From positions 43,198,957-43,262,956 of the forward strand of contig NC_057734.1 of NCBI RefSeq assembly GCF_004010195.1: 64,000 nucleotides of DNA, given 5' to 3'. The DNA comes from Chiloscyllium plagiosum (Eukaryota). Position numbers and translations under genes: made by a program. The notes beneath the pieces were generated by a model. It ran no database searches. It was not told the origin of the DNA and was given only the letters and a program-made list of their open reading frames with translations. Below are positions 12,860 through 24,435 of this stretch, in pieces (position 1 is the first letter of the stretch; each line of letters begins with the position of its first letter).

Positions 12860-13300
12860 AGTCTTAGAGTCATACAGCATGGAAACAGACCCTTCATTCC
12901 AACTCATCCATGCCGAACAGATATCCCAGACATAACTCTTCCCATTTGCTTTCATTTGGCCCATCTCTCTAAACCCTTCCTATTTATATACCCATCCAAA
13001 TGTCTTTTAAATGTTGTAATTGTATCAGCCTCTACCACTTCCTCTGGCAGCTCATTCCAAACATGCACCACTCTTTGTGTTAAAAAGTTACCCCTCAGGT
13101 CCCTTGTAAATCTTTTCTCTCTCACCTTAAACTTGTAACCTCTGGTTTTGGACTCTCTTATCTTTGGAAAAAGACTTTGACGATTCACTTTATCTATGTC
13201 CCTCGTGATTTTATAAACCTCTGTAAAATCACCCCTCAACCTCCAACACTTAAGGGCAAAAAGTCCCAGCCTTTTCAGCCTTTCCTTTTAACTGCAACCC
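12860..13300 (-). mobile_element. CR1/HER1 LINE 3' fragment nested in the Gypsy remnant
   Basis: Minus ORF 12952..13239 (RGDFTEVYKITRDIDKVN...NFLTQRVVHVWNELP). Confidence 0.88.
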
Positions 13301-15511
13301 ACCAATGTTGCTAAAAGCACTGTCTCTGTCACTGCCACTGACTATTCTGTGGCATCAATTTGTTCTGCTCTCTGGATACCTTCAGGTTAAAGATTCAACA
13401 GTGAGCTCAGCGAGTTGTACCACTTGTTTGCATTTTTTGCTGAGTTTTATCTTTTAATTTGTCAGCATTAATGAAAGAAGTGGTTTTCAGTCCTGTGTAA
13501 TTACAGATTTCACAATGTGTTATGAGATGTCCAAGCTCTTGTAAGATCTCTGGCCACCACACCACTGACCTGGACCTGGCTGCGCACTTGACAATGCTTA
13601 TGTATCCCCATTGTATCATTTCCAAAGTATATTCCTGAAGGGAAACTGGAATAAGTAGTCTGTCGATGATTGAAAAATGCTGCTGGTGCTCAAGGTACAT
13701 TTTCTTGGCCAAATTGCTAACCATACTTCAATACAATATGGTGAATAATCATACTGTCTTGGTCACCTCTTTGCTCGTCAAAATTGGTTGATTTTTCTCT
13801 TTAGGTTTTCTGGCCACTGTTCTTTCTTGGCTCTTCAAAACATTTATTTTATGCCATTATATGTAATCTCATTAGATTCTCTCTTTTTTTGGAGTTCCAC
13901 CACGAGTCTAATGAAATCTTCTACCAATTGTCCCTTGACTGGGTAGTCAGCCATAGTTTATTCTTAGATCAATTGTTTTGCAACTGCTTCTGTTGAAGTA
14001 GTTATCCTCTTAGGACCAGTGGGACTCATAACCTCTGAAGGGAATTGAGATTCAAAATGCACATTGGTTCAAAAGTGAAGAATGTCGGGTTGAACTATGT
14101 AAACATTTTTTACTCACTTCAGCTCCTAGTGCTGGAATGCAACTTGCAGCATTCTTATTTCCCTGACATTATTCCATGTGCACCATGTAGTCTCGTCTCT
14201 GTGGGCTGTACCTTCTGCTTCATTGTCCACATCAACTGGGTGGATAAGATACTGACCTTGGCAGTGGTATCAAGGTAAATTGGTTGTGTGTCCATTCATA
14301 AATAAACAAGCTTTTTGTATCCTAGATTATTGAGATCATCACTTTCCCTGTAAACACCTTAGTTACCTTTTCTAAGAGATTATTGTAACAAAGTAAGGTC
14401 TCTGCCTGTGAAATCTGTTTTTCTACCACTGTGTGGTACTTCTGCACTCTAATTTTGAACCAATGCTGTACCTGAAGAACATTTGCCTCCATGAAGTCCA
14501 ATCTTATGTTCTGAATGGTTCATTTCTTACCTTAGATCTGCTAGTATTACATTTCTGTTTCTTCTAATTGATTAATATCATTACTGTAAAGCTGTTTAAA
14601 CTCTGTATTATTGCAATATTGCCTGTAATTTGCTGTTCCTTAAGTTTGTATTCTAGTATTTACAAATACTATTTTAAATTGATTCCTGTAGAGCTTGTGC
14701 AGCATTCCCTTTTTTTTTGTCTTTCTTCACTATTATTATGTGACTGTATAAAATGCAATAAAGCTTTAAATTGTATTTTGGCCTTTATGAAGTAATTTAC
14801 AGTTTAAGCTTTTCAAATCTATTTCTTTGTGATACTGTATCTCAGTACTGCTTACTGGATTTTTCAAACCTTTCTAGGTTTACCTACATTTTAGTGATCA
14901 AAATGGTGGCTACATGCATCTAAGACTTTTCCACCCTCTCCGCCCAAGTTGGGGTTTTCTTACTCCTTCTTGTGGAAAATGCAAGTTTTTCTGCCTTTTG
15001 TAGTCTAAAACGCCAAACACTTTCTTTGACACAGTTTTTAAAATAAAGTCTTTGTAAATCTTCTCACTGAAATTGTGGTTTAATTAGGGAGTCTCAGTTC
15101 TTTTAAACGACTCAATTTTTTTCTAACTTCCTTCTTCTGCTAGATTCTTTCAGTAGATTTCTTTAACTTCTCATCTTAAATAAATTGGGACGCTTTCCCA
15201 ATTCTGTAATCCCAGTCAAAATTTGTTTTCTGGCTTTTTCACCATTCCTTGCAGCTGTGCTTCATTGAGTCAACTGGTGATGGCAGCATTGCTCAATGAG
15301 AGAGGTGAGATCCCTCTACATACTCCCTTGGCCTTTTCTGTTTTGGCAACATTTCTCAAAGTTATCCCCTTCTCCCTTAGGAATCTCTACCTCCTAGAAC
15401 CTTCAGTTGTTCTTTGCTGGGCCTCCTTTGCTATGAATTCTGTATTTTCTGCCTTTTCTCTCTCTTTACCAGTTCAAACTCTTGCCCCAGAGTTTTTTAT
15501 TAATGAAATTT

Positions 15512-16120
15512 GGGGGCGGCATGGTGGCTCAGTGATTAGCACTGCTGCCTCACAGCTCCAGGGACCCAAGTTCAATTCCCACCTTGGGCGACTGTCTGTG
15601 TGGGTTTCTTCTGGGTGCTCCTGTTTCCTACCACAATCCAGGGTAGGTGAATTGGCCATACTAAATTGTCCCATAGCATTAGGTGCTAAGTGTCAGAGAG
15701 GGGAATGGGTCTGGGTGGGTTCCTCTTCAGAGAGTCGGTGTGCACCTGTTGAGCCTCAGGGCCTGTTTCCATACTACAGGCAATCAAAGAAAGGTTGGTG
15801 GCATGGTGGCTCAGTGATTAGCACTGCTGCTTAACAGCGCCAGGGACCCGGGTTTGATTCCCACCTTAGGTGACTGTCTGTGCTGAGTTTGTACATTCTC
15901 CCGTGTTTGTGCGGGTTTCCTCCGGGTTCTCCAGTTTCCTCCCACAGTCCAAAGATGTGCAGGTTAGGTGAATTGACCATGCTAAATTACCTATAGTGTT
16001 TGGTACATTAGTCAGGAGTGATTGTGGCGGAATGGGTCTCGGTGGGTTGCTGTTCACAGATTTAGTGTGGACTTGTTGGGCCGAAGGGCCTGTTTCCATA
16101 CTGTAGGGAATGTAATCCAA
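15512..16120 (+). mobile_element. Two tandem HE1-like tRNA-derived V-SINEs
   Basis: Heads GGCATGGTGGCTCAGTGATTAGCACTGCTGC...GGTTTGATTCC (Pol III A/B boxes) at ~15515 and ~15797; CR1-like tail GGGCCGAAGGGCCTGTTTCC. Confidence 0.85.
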
Positions 16121-17001
16121 TTCTTCTGAATAAGGTCTTGACTTTGGAGTGCTAAGCTTGCCCTTTTACTGCTTCCATAGCTGCTGCTATGATTCAGTTA
16201 GTGTTTCAGTGCTCACAGTCTGTGCCTTCTTAAATCAGTAATACTTGTAAAGAGATAAATTCATCAGTTTCGATTTTTTTGTCTCCTGGATTTCTTCTCC
16301 ATGAATAAGAGTCAGATCTACATCACCACAACCATGTGGTATTTTCCTGATATTTTGAGGTATTTGCCACCCAATCCGATCACCACTTCTCAATATTACT
16401 TTTTAAAAAAGAAAATACATTTTCCCCACTGGGATAGAATTCCTTGTCTCCATTCACAGATTGTGTGACATCAGAATTGGTGCAATCAATGTAACATGAA
16501 GATTAACCCTTCAAATTCTTACATTATACAACCCCAGTCAATGCCAATTCTTTTCTGCTAAACCTCAGAAAATGGTACTTTCATTAAACACCTGGAAGTA
16601 GTGTTAGGTGAAGGGGTAAATGTAGGGGAATGGGTCTGGGTGGGTTGCGCTTCGGGTCAGTGTGGACTTGTTGGGCCGAAGGGCCTGTTTCCACACTGTA
16701 AGTAATCTAATCTAATAACCAAAAAAAACCAGCCCACAGGCTCCCCCAATAAACAAAATATTGGACAGTACAGGATTCAAAACCTTTTTCTCATATGTGC
16801 TTTCATGTCAAAAATTCATCAGTTGAACACAAATAAATTCCGTCGTACTCAAGCATTAAGTATTTCGGCATTGTTTTTCAGTGTTGAGGATCACCTGAAC
16901 TTGGCATTTCCCATTATATACTTGGATGGACTGGTCGTTGTGGGTCCTGTTGAAAACACAAATTGTTCCCTGGAGGAAACAGCACAGCCGTTTTCTTTCT
17001 C

Positions 17002-17162
17002 AGTTAAAAACCACACCGCACCAGGTTATAGTCCAACTGGTTTATTTGGAAGCACTAGCTTTCAGAGCGCTGCTGCTCCTTCATCAGCTGGTTGTGAAGT
17101 ATAAGATTGTAAGACACAGAATTTATAGCATTTATAACTCTGTACACCCCAGTCCAACACCA
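17002..17162 (-). mobile_element. PLE-derived short repeat, second family (AGCU-type hammerhead)
   Basis: The minus strand reads CTGATGAAGGAGCAGCAGCGCTCTGAAAGCTAGTGC. Related copies at ~6009-6090, 18153-18215, 33110-33230 and 61838-61985. Confidence 0.7.
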
Positions 17163-17479
17163 AATCGTTTTCTTTCTCATATATTTAGAGGAAGGAATAA
17201 ATCAATTGCTTTCTCAAAATAAATATCAATGGTTCACTACCGCAGTTAGGCAGTAGTGTGGGGGGGAAATTAAAAAGTAAATAAACGAACAGGAATGTCA
17301 AAACACTCTGCTCAAAAAAGAAACAAAATGGTTATGAGAAATATAACCAACACAGGCGGTACTAACGATAACGTTCAAGATGTTGGAAATTCGATCATAC
17401 CTCGCTTTAAAATATAGAAAGAATGAGATAAATTTAACAGTAGAGAGTCTGGTGATCCAGCTCCTGGGGAGAGGGGTTT

Positions 17480-17760
17480 CCACAAGGGGGTGGAACTGTT
17501 GTGCGAGCACCCGGAGGAAGACGGCGTTGCACCCGCGACCCTGGGACCGTTTGTGCGAGGCCGCAGTTTCCAGCCGGCGGCAGTGGAGGAAGCGCAGGGC
17601 TGGTGGTTGCTAAGGGCCGGCGGGTTGCGGGGAAGGCGAGAACCAACAAAGGCCCGACGGAGGAGGGGAGAGGAGAGGTGGTCTCGGAGTCCGGCTGAAG
17701 GCGGCGGCGGCGGCGGCGGCTCGGTGTACATCCGAGGAAGGTCTCCTCACCGGCTGAATT
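17480..17760 (+). promoter_or_regulatory. MZT2: CpG island: probable MZT2 promoter and non-coding first exon
   Basis: Sharp GC/CpG-rich island 2.9 kb upstream of the MZT2 ATG exon, with a (GGC)7 tract at 17700-17720 and an RFX X-box-like GTTGCTAAGGGC at 17606. The exon-1 donor cannot be fixed. Confidence 0.7.
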
Positions 17761-18359
17761 GTCTCTGGTGCAAGTGTTTAAATATTGCATTAATTCAATC
17801 TACTATTCATGTTAACTTGATTTAAAATATTTACCTGATTCTGCTCGAAAAGTAATAATCCGAAAGCAAAATGAGGCTGAGTATCGCAAATGTATCTCTA
17901 CAGAGGCTGCCGAGTATCCCTATTACGTTTTTTTATGTCAATGGTACAGTTGATTTTAAATTCCTCTGAGTAAAGACTAATCATTTGGCTGTAGTTGGAG
18001 CACATTTTGTATTTTAATTCCAAGCAGTAGACTTCAATAGCAGACAAAAACAAAACAATTTTCTCAACTGGGCTTCAATCAATAGTAGAGTAGTGAAAAA
18101 ACAATATTGTGGCAGTGCATGTAGTAACCCAGAGACAGACATTAGCCATTGATTTGGAAAGCTAGTGCTTCCAATTAAACCTGTTGGACTATAACCTGGT
18201 GTTGTGTGATTTTTAAAATTAGCCATTGGACTTGTTCTGCCATTCAGCTTTACCATGAACTGATCTGTACCTCAATCTCATTTATCTGCCTTTGTCTCTT
18301 TTTGGGAGGAGAATTCCAAATTTTTGCTGCTCTTTGTGAGGGACAATTTTGCTTTTTTT

Positions 18360-18668
18360 TTTAGATTACCTTACAGTGTGGAAACAGGCCCGTTAGCCCA
18401 ACAAGTCCACACCGACCCGCCGAAGCGCAACCCACCCATACCCCTACATTTTACCCCTATATCTAACACTGCGGGCAATTTAGCATGGCCAATTCACCTG
18501 ACCTACACATCTTTGGACTCTGGGAGGAAACCGGAGCACCCGGAGGAAACCCACGCAGACACGAGGAGAACGTGCAAACTCCACACAGTCAGTCGCCTGA
18601 GGCGGGAATTGAACCCGGGTTTCTGGCGCTGTGAGGCAATAGTGCTAACCACTGTGCCACCGTGCCGC
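18360..18668 (-). mobile_element. HE1-like tRNA-derived V-SINE (young copy)
   Basis: The reverse complement reads GCGGCACGGTGGCACAGTGGTTAGCACT...CCCGGGTTCAATTCCCGCC with intact CpGs, ending in a TAATCTA tail. Confidence 0.88.
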
Positions 18669-19304
18669 TTTGTTTACCTTAATTGCATAATTGGTCACCA
18701 TAATAAAAATTATAACTTAAAGGTCATATTCTCTTATTCTGAGTTCTCCTACCAGTGGAACCAAATTGTTAAGCCATCAGTTAGCCATTAATATTTGTTT
18801 TATCAAATCACTTTATCATTTTTAAATAGCCCTTATGGGACCCCACAAGACAAGTTTGTTGAACCTGCTTTCAATTTCATGTTTTAAGCCCTGGTTTATC
18901 ATTACTGACTACATGTCATTAGAAAGAGCTCTTACATGATCCTTCCTATAAAATATGACATTCAATATACCTACAAATAAGTAAAAGTTAATTTTATGCA
19001 AAACTGTTATCATGTCTTAGACTTAATGTTAATGCGGTAATGAAAAGAGAAAGTATAGATGCTCAGATCAGACAGCATATCTAAGGAAAGCATAGGCAGA
19101 GTTGATGTTTCAGGTCAATGACCTTTTCAATGGAATTGGTGAAATGTTCGACCTGTTTTCTCTTTGCAAGTTCTCCTTGACCTGTTGAATATTTCCAACA
19201 CTTTTTGGTTTTTATTTTGAGTTTCCAGCATCAGCTATATTTCATGAATGCAGTGATTTTGTAATGAATAATGCAAAATTTGTTCTTTAGTAAGTTTTCC
19301 ATTA

Positions 19305-19498
19305 GTTGAAACTTTATTGCTGGAACAGCACAGCAGGTCAGGCAGCATCCAGGGAACAGGAGATTCGACGTTTCGGGCACAGGCCCTTCCCGAAACGTCG
19401 AATCTCCTGTTCCCTGGATGCTGCCTGACCTGCTGTGCTGTCCCAGCAATAAAGTTTCAACTTTGATCTCCAGCATCTGCAGACCTCACTTTCTCCTC
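19305..19498. mobile_element. Short palindromic PLE-derived element (same young subfamily as 5622-5819)
   Basis: Near-perfect inverted arms; perfect 15-bp TSD GTAAGTTTTCCATTA at 19290 and 19499. Confidence 0.87.
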
Positions 19499-19728
19499 GT
19501 AAGTTTTCCATTAAACTACTTCGTTTCCGTTAATTTTGTGAGAATGATGTGGTGTTTCTGTTTAGTAGGAAAAGGCAAAGCCATTGGAGAGGTATTGCAT
19601 ATTATATCAGGAAGAGTGAATGGGATTCAATGATCATGGTACTAATGCATCCTAATAACTAATTATAGAGCATAATGGTTGCAACCAAGGTGAAGAATAT
19701 GTCCTCAAATTCTGGAACATACTTCAAG

Positions 19729-19885
19729 TTTTGAGAAGATTTGTAGTTCAGGTTGAGGTTCTGGATGTAGGTTTGCTCACTGAACTGGAAGGCTTGTTTC
19801 CAAATGTTTTGTTACCATACTTGGTAACATCTGCAGTGAGCTTCCGAATGAAGCACTGGTGGTATAGCCCGCTTTCTATTTATAA
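19729..19885 (-). mobile_element. PLE terminal fragment (third family) with a degenerate hammerhead
   Basis: The minus strand reads CTGCAGA-TGTTACC-AAGTA-TGGTAAC-AAAAC: stem II is intact and the core is mutated. Confidence 0.55.
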
Positions 19886-20131
19886 TGTTTGTGTAGAACA
19901 GACTTTCCATAGAAGAATTGGACATGTAAATTAATAAAGAACTTCCCTCATTATATAAACATAAAAACATTGATCAAAGTAACTGCAGGATATAAAATGG
20001 TTAAGATACTAATAAATTAGTGTGATATGATTGAAACCACCTGTAACTAGACTTCCTGCTGGTTGAGGTATGGTAACCATTTAGAGCATCATCTTAGAGT
20101 GCAAGAGATACAGGTATTGCCTTGTTACTTC

Positions 20132-20623
20132 GAGTCCTGTGGTTCTATTGCATGGAAACAAGCCCTTTGGCCCAACTTTCCCATGCTGCCCTAGTTTCAC
20201 AATAAACAAGTTGTATTTGCCCTGCATTTGCTCCATTATCCCTTCATACCTATCCCATCAATATACCTGTCTTAATGTTTCTTAATGATGAAATTGTACT
20301 CGCTTCCACCACTACCTCTGTGGCCTGTTTGAAACACTCATGACTCTGTGTGGGAAGAATTGCCCCCTCTGGACCCTTTTGTATCTTCCCCCCTCCCTCC
20401 CACCTCACCTTAAACATATGCTGTCTAGTTTTAGAACTGCCTACCATGGGGAAAAGGTTTTGGCTATCTACCATATCTATGCCTCTCATGATTTTATAGG
20501 CCTCTATAAGATCACCACTCAGTGTCCTACACTCCAGAAGAAGAACGTCCCAGTCTATCCAACCCCTCCTGATAACCTTAATTATGTCATCGACAGCCAC
20601 GGGTGAAGTGCCCGAAGATTGGA
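20132..20623 (-). mobile_element. CR1 3' fragment (minus) with a short inverted ORF2 piece (20584-20623, plus), abutting the MZT2 acceptor
   Basis: Minus ORF 20250..20669 contains GDLIEAYKIMRGID...SSKTRQH; the plus-strand piece encodes SSTATGEVPEDW, the conserved pre-RT CR1 motif. Confidence 0.8.
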
Positions 20624-20656
20624 TTTCAGTTCGAAGGATTGTTCCAGTGATTACAG

Positions 20657-20838
20657 ATGGCTGTACCACAGCAGGCTGTGAGTTCTGGCCTCGAGGCGCA
20701 GCAAACCCTCCTGGCCACAGTCAGTGGAAATGTACAGAAATACGCAGTCAAGAAGAAGAAGATTCTCAGTGCAGAAGAGCTAGAGTTGTATGAGCTAACG
20801 CAAGCTGCCGGTATTGTCATGGACCAGGAAGTCTTTAA
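20657..20838 (+). CDS. MZT2: Mitotic-spindle organizing protein 2 (MOZART2), coding exon 1
   Basis: MAVPQQ...QKYAVKKKKILSAEELELYELTQAAGIVMDQEVFK matches the MOZART2 motif (KKVLS.EE.ELYEL.QAAG..D..VFK). Phase-2 donor AA|GTAAGT at 20838/20839. Confidence 0.93.
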
Positions 20839-21339
20839 GTAAGTCTGAAAATGATCACAAAGGTGAGAAATAACCCTGGAAATCTGAAATTAAAATTGGA
20901 TAATGCTGGAATGGCTCTTTGACTTGAAATATGATTAAACTTTCCTGCAGGTTTTAATTGATTCTTCATAGCTTAGCAAATAATGCCTGTCTGTGGAATG
21001 GTAAAATATGATGCTTATGAAGCAAATTATTTTCTCAAGCAATGAACATCTGGACCACAGTGCTGCTAAGATGCAGACATTGCAAATTCTTATCTTTATA
21101 GGAACATAGGATCAGGGGTAGGCTATTCAGCCCCTTGAGCCTTTTCTGCCATTTAATGAGATGATGACTGATCTGTGACCTAACTCCAGTTACTTGCCTT
21201 TGGTCCATATCCCTTAATACCTTTGCTGAACAAAAATGATTTATCTCAGATTTATAACTGATCCAGCACCAGTTGCCATTCATGGAATATTATCTCTTGA
21301 ATAGGATTGTTTGAGCAAAGCCTTTTATAATGCTCCTTC

Positions 21340-22415
21340 TGGTAGACAGGTTAGTGAGGTTAAATCGCATGGGATCCAGGGAGAGCTAGCCAGTTGGATA
21401 CAAAATTGGCTTGACATAGGATACAGAGAGTGATGGTAGTGTTGTTGTTCAGACTGGAGGCCTGTAACTAGCGATGTGCTGCAAGGATTGCTGCTGGGTC
21501 AACTGCTACTCATCATTTATGTAAATGATTTGGATAATGCTAAAATTGGCTGTATAGTTCACAGTGAATAATGTTATCTAAGAGTCAATGGGATCTTGAT
21601 TAACTGAACTAGTGAGTTGAGGAATGGCTGATGGAGTTTAATTCAGAGAAGTGCGAGGTGTTGCACTTTGGTAAGACAAATCAGGACAGCACTTGCACAG
21701 TTCATGGTAGGCCCCTGGGGAGTGTTGTTGAACAGAGAGACCTAGGGGTGCAGGTACATAGTTCCTTGAAAGTGGTATCACAGGCAGATAGGGTGGTGAA
21801 GAAAGCATTTGCCTTGCCTTCATCGGTCAGAGCATTGAGTACAGAAGTTGGGATGTCACGTTACGGTTGTACAAGACATTGGTAAGGCCACATTTAGAGT
21901 CTTGTGTACAATTCTGGTCACCCTGCTATAGGAAGGATGATATTAAACAAGATAGGGTGCAAAAAAGATTTACAATATTATTACTGAGACAGGAGGGTTT
22001 GATTTATAAGGAGAGGCTGGATAGGCTGGGACTTGTTTCTCTGGAGCATAGGAGGATGAAGGGTGACCTTTATAGAAGTTTATAAAATCATGAGGGGCAT
22101 AGATAAGGTGAATAGCTACGGTCTTTCCCCCAGGGGAGCCCAAAGATAGAGATGAGAGGCGAAAAATTTTAAAGGGATCTGAGGGGGAACTTTTTCACAC
22201 AGAGGGTGGTGCATGTATGTTATGAGCTGCCAGAGGATGTTATAGAGGTGGGTACAATTACAACATTTTAAAAGACATTTGGACAGTTATGTGGATAGAA
22301 AAAGTTTCAAGGGATATGCACCAAATGCAGGCAAATGGGACTAGTTCAATTTAGAAAACCTGTTCAGCATGGATATATTAGGCTGAAGGGCCCGCTTCCA
22401 TGCTGTATGACTCTA
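21340..22415 (+). mobile_element. CR1/HER1 LINE 3' portion
   Basis: ORFs 21631..21885 and 21867..22085 (MEFNSEKCEVLHFG; YKTLVRPHLESCVQFWSP). Confidence 0.88.
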
Positions 22416-22431
22416 TTATAGAAAGTATGCG

Positions 22432-22627
22432 GTCAGTACAGTCAACATCCAAGGAGCACAAGAATCGACCTTTTGGACATAAGCCCTTCATCAGGAATTC
22501 CTGATGGAGGGCTTATGCCTGAAACGTAAATTCTCGTGCTCCTTGGATACTACCTGACCTGCTGTGCTTTTCCAGCACCACACTCTTGACTCTGATCTAC
22601 AGCATCTGCAGTCCTCACTTTCTTCTA
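22432..22627. mobile_element. Palindromic PLE-derived element with head-to-head hammerhead remnants
   Basis: Centre CATAAGCCCTTCATCAGGAATTCCTGATGGAGGGCTTATG with inverted arms. Confidence 0.75.
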
Positions 22628-22679
22628 GTCAGCGCAATGAAATATATGCTGTGCTTCAGTTTTACATGCAGTTAGCCGT

Positions 22680-23860
22680 AGCTAAGTTTTAGCGCTCTCA
22701 GCTCTGAGTCAGAAAGCCATGAGTTGAAATTCCTCTCCATAGGTTCGCAGGATTAATTCCAGAGATAAAGGTTTGTCCCAAGGGGAGACAGTGAGCAGTT
22801 TAGGCCTATACTTTTTAGAGTTTAGAAGAATGTGAGTAGACCTAATTTAGATATATGATGCTAAATGGGATTGACAAAGTAGACTTAGAGTAGATGTTTC
22901 TCTTTGTGGGCAATCTAGAACAAGAGATCATGGTTTTAGGCTAAGGAATAGCAGATTTAAAAGGACTAAGAATTTTTTCTTTTAAAGTGTCATGAATCTG
23001 TGGAATTCACTACCGTAGAGAGTGGCGAATGCTGGGATATCGAATAAGTTCGTGGAGGAGATAGACAGTGTTTTAATTAGTAATGAGTTAAGGGGAGTGG
23101 GCAGGAAGTTGGACTTCAGACCAAGATGAGATCAGCCACAATTGTATTAATTGGCTTTGAAGGATTGAGGGGTATAAATACCTACTCCTGCTCCTGGTTA
23201 TTACATTTTTATATATTGGAGCACATAATCTAGGCTGACACTTCAATACATTTGTGAGCAGTAGATTTTTTTATTCACTCCCTCATGTATGCTCAACAAT
23301 TCAAATTACAGCTGATGTACATTTTGACTTCACTTTCCTGCCTTAGTTGCATAACATATTGTTATCCTTGTATACCAAAAACCTCGTTTTTGACATTTTC
23401 AATTTATTTCAACTCTGGTGCTTTTTCGGATAGAGGAATTTGCTTTCTGATACACCCTTGAGCAACCTTCCTTGAATATTAACGTTATACCTTAAGTTAT
23501 GTTCTGGATTATTCCACCAGTGAAAATCGTTTGTTAATTTATTCTATCTTAATTAACCTCCAATAAGTCACTTTTCCTCTCAAAAGAAAACAGACATAAT
23601 TTCTTCAACAATGGGAGTGCTGTGCTGTGGAGATGGCATTTTCCTTGGATGAGACATTAATTCAAGACCAATCTGCACGCTGGTTTGGATATTAAAGATC
23701 TAACCAACATTCATCACTCAATTTACACTATTAAAATAGATCCTGTGATCATTATTACATTGCTGTTTTGTTGTGCCTTGTTGCATTCAAATTCTTCATA
23801 AAGCACAATGAGACTTAATGAGGTCATGAAAGTACTTCTACAAATGTAGGTTTGTTCATC
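22680..23860 (+). mobile_element. DeuSINE (SacSINE1-like) relic split by CR1 fragments (~22740-23205 and ~23300-23610)
   Basis: Head CTCTGAGTCAGAAAG, central GGGAGTGCTG...GGATGAGACATTAA and tail TGAGGTCATGAAAG..CTACAAATGTAG. Similar relics at ~29335-29600 and ~61043-61292. Family recognised from memory of the consensus. Confidence 0.55.
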
Positions 23861-24113
23861 AGTTATCTTGAATACCTTCAGTAGCAGTGATTTGTACAGA
23901 AAGAAAAGTTATCTATCTCTCTTTGCCATTTCTGGGCTGCTTGTAACATTCTCTGTCTTCATTGTCATTCAGTCCTGTAACCTTTTTGAATGCTAAGGTT
24001 GTCCTTTCTCATTACTGTTTAATTTTTGTTGAAAGCTTATTTTGAAATGTTAACCGATTTGTATATTTTCAGAAACATTCATTTTCTTTTGCTATTTTGC
24101 CTTTTTATTATTT

Positions 24114-24435
24114 TGGAGAAAGTGAGGACTGCAGATGTTAGAGACCAGAGTCGAGAGTGTGCAACATTTAAGAGGCATTTGGATGGGTGTATGAATAGGA
24201 AGGGTTTGGAGGGATATGGGCTGGGTGCTGGCAGGTGGGACTAGACAGGTTTGACTGAAGGGTCTGTTTCCATGCTGTACATCTCTATGACTCTATGGTG
24301 CTGGAAAAGCACAGGTCAAGTAGCATCCGAGGAGCAGGAGAATTGATGTTTTGGGCATAAGCTCAGATTCCTGATGAAGGATTTATGCCCAAAACGTCGA
24401 TTCTCCTGCTTCTCAGATGCTGCCTGATTGACTGT
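24114..24435. mobile_element. Palindromic PLE-derived element interrupted by a CR1 tail (~24160-24296)
   Basis: GAGAAAGTGAGGACTGCAGATG...GAGAGTGT | CR1 tail | GGTGCTGGAAAAGCAC...CCTGATGAAGGATTTATGCCCAAAACGTC. Confidence 0.75.

Larger units (their letters stand above)
11778..16600 (-). mobile_element. Decayed Ty3/Gypsy LTR retrotransposon remnant, interrupted by a CR1 (~12860-13300) and SINEs
   Basis: Minus ORF 13407..13724 carries an integrase zinc-binding H2C2-like segment (IVKCAARSRSVVWWPEI...HCEIC). Protease-like YLDTTAKVSI at ~14230-14258. TGTGGTATT candidate LTR termini at 11778 and 16335, the latter followed on the minus strand by a TGG primer-binding-site start. Outer limits approximate. 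Confidence 0.62.

Noticed and set aside
15512-16120. tRNA genes suggested by A/B boxes (also 18360-18668, 55030-55100 and 62529-62868)
   Set aside because: These are SINE heads that continue into SINE bodies and LINE-like tails; no complete cloverleaf is evident.
17375-17825. Overlapping 65-118-aa ORFs on both strands (likewise 55575-56036)
   Set aside because: Stop-poor GC-rich CpG-island sequence with no recognisable protein motif.
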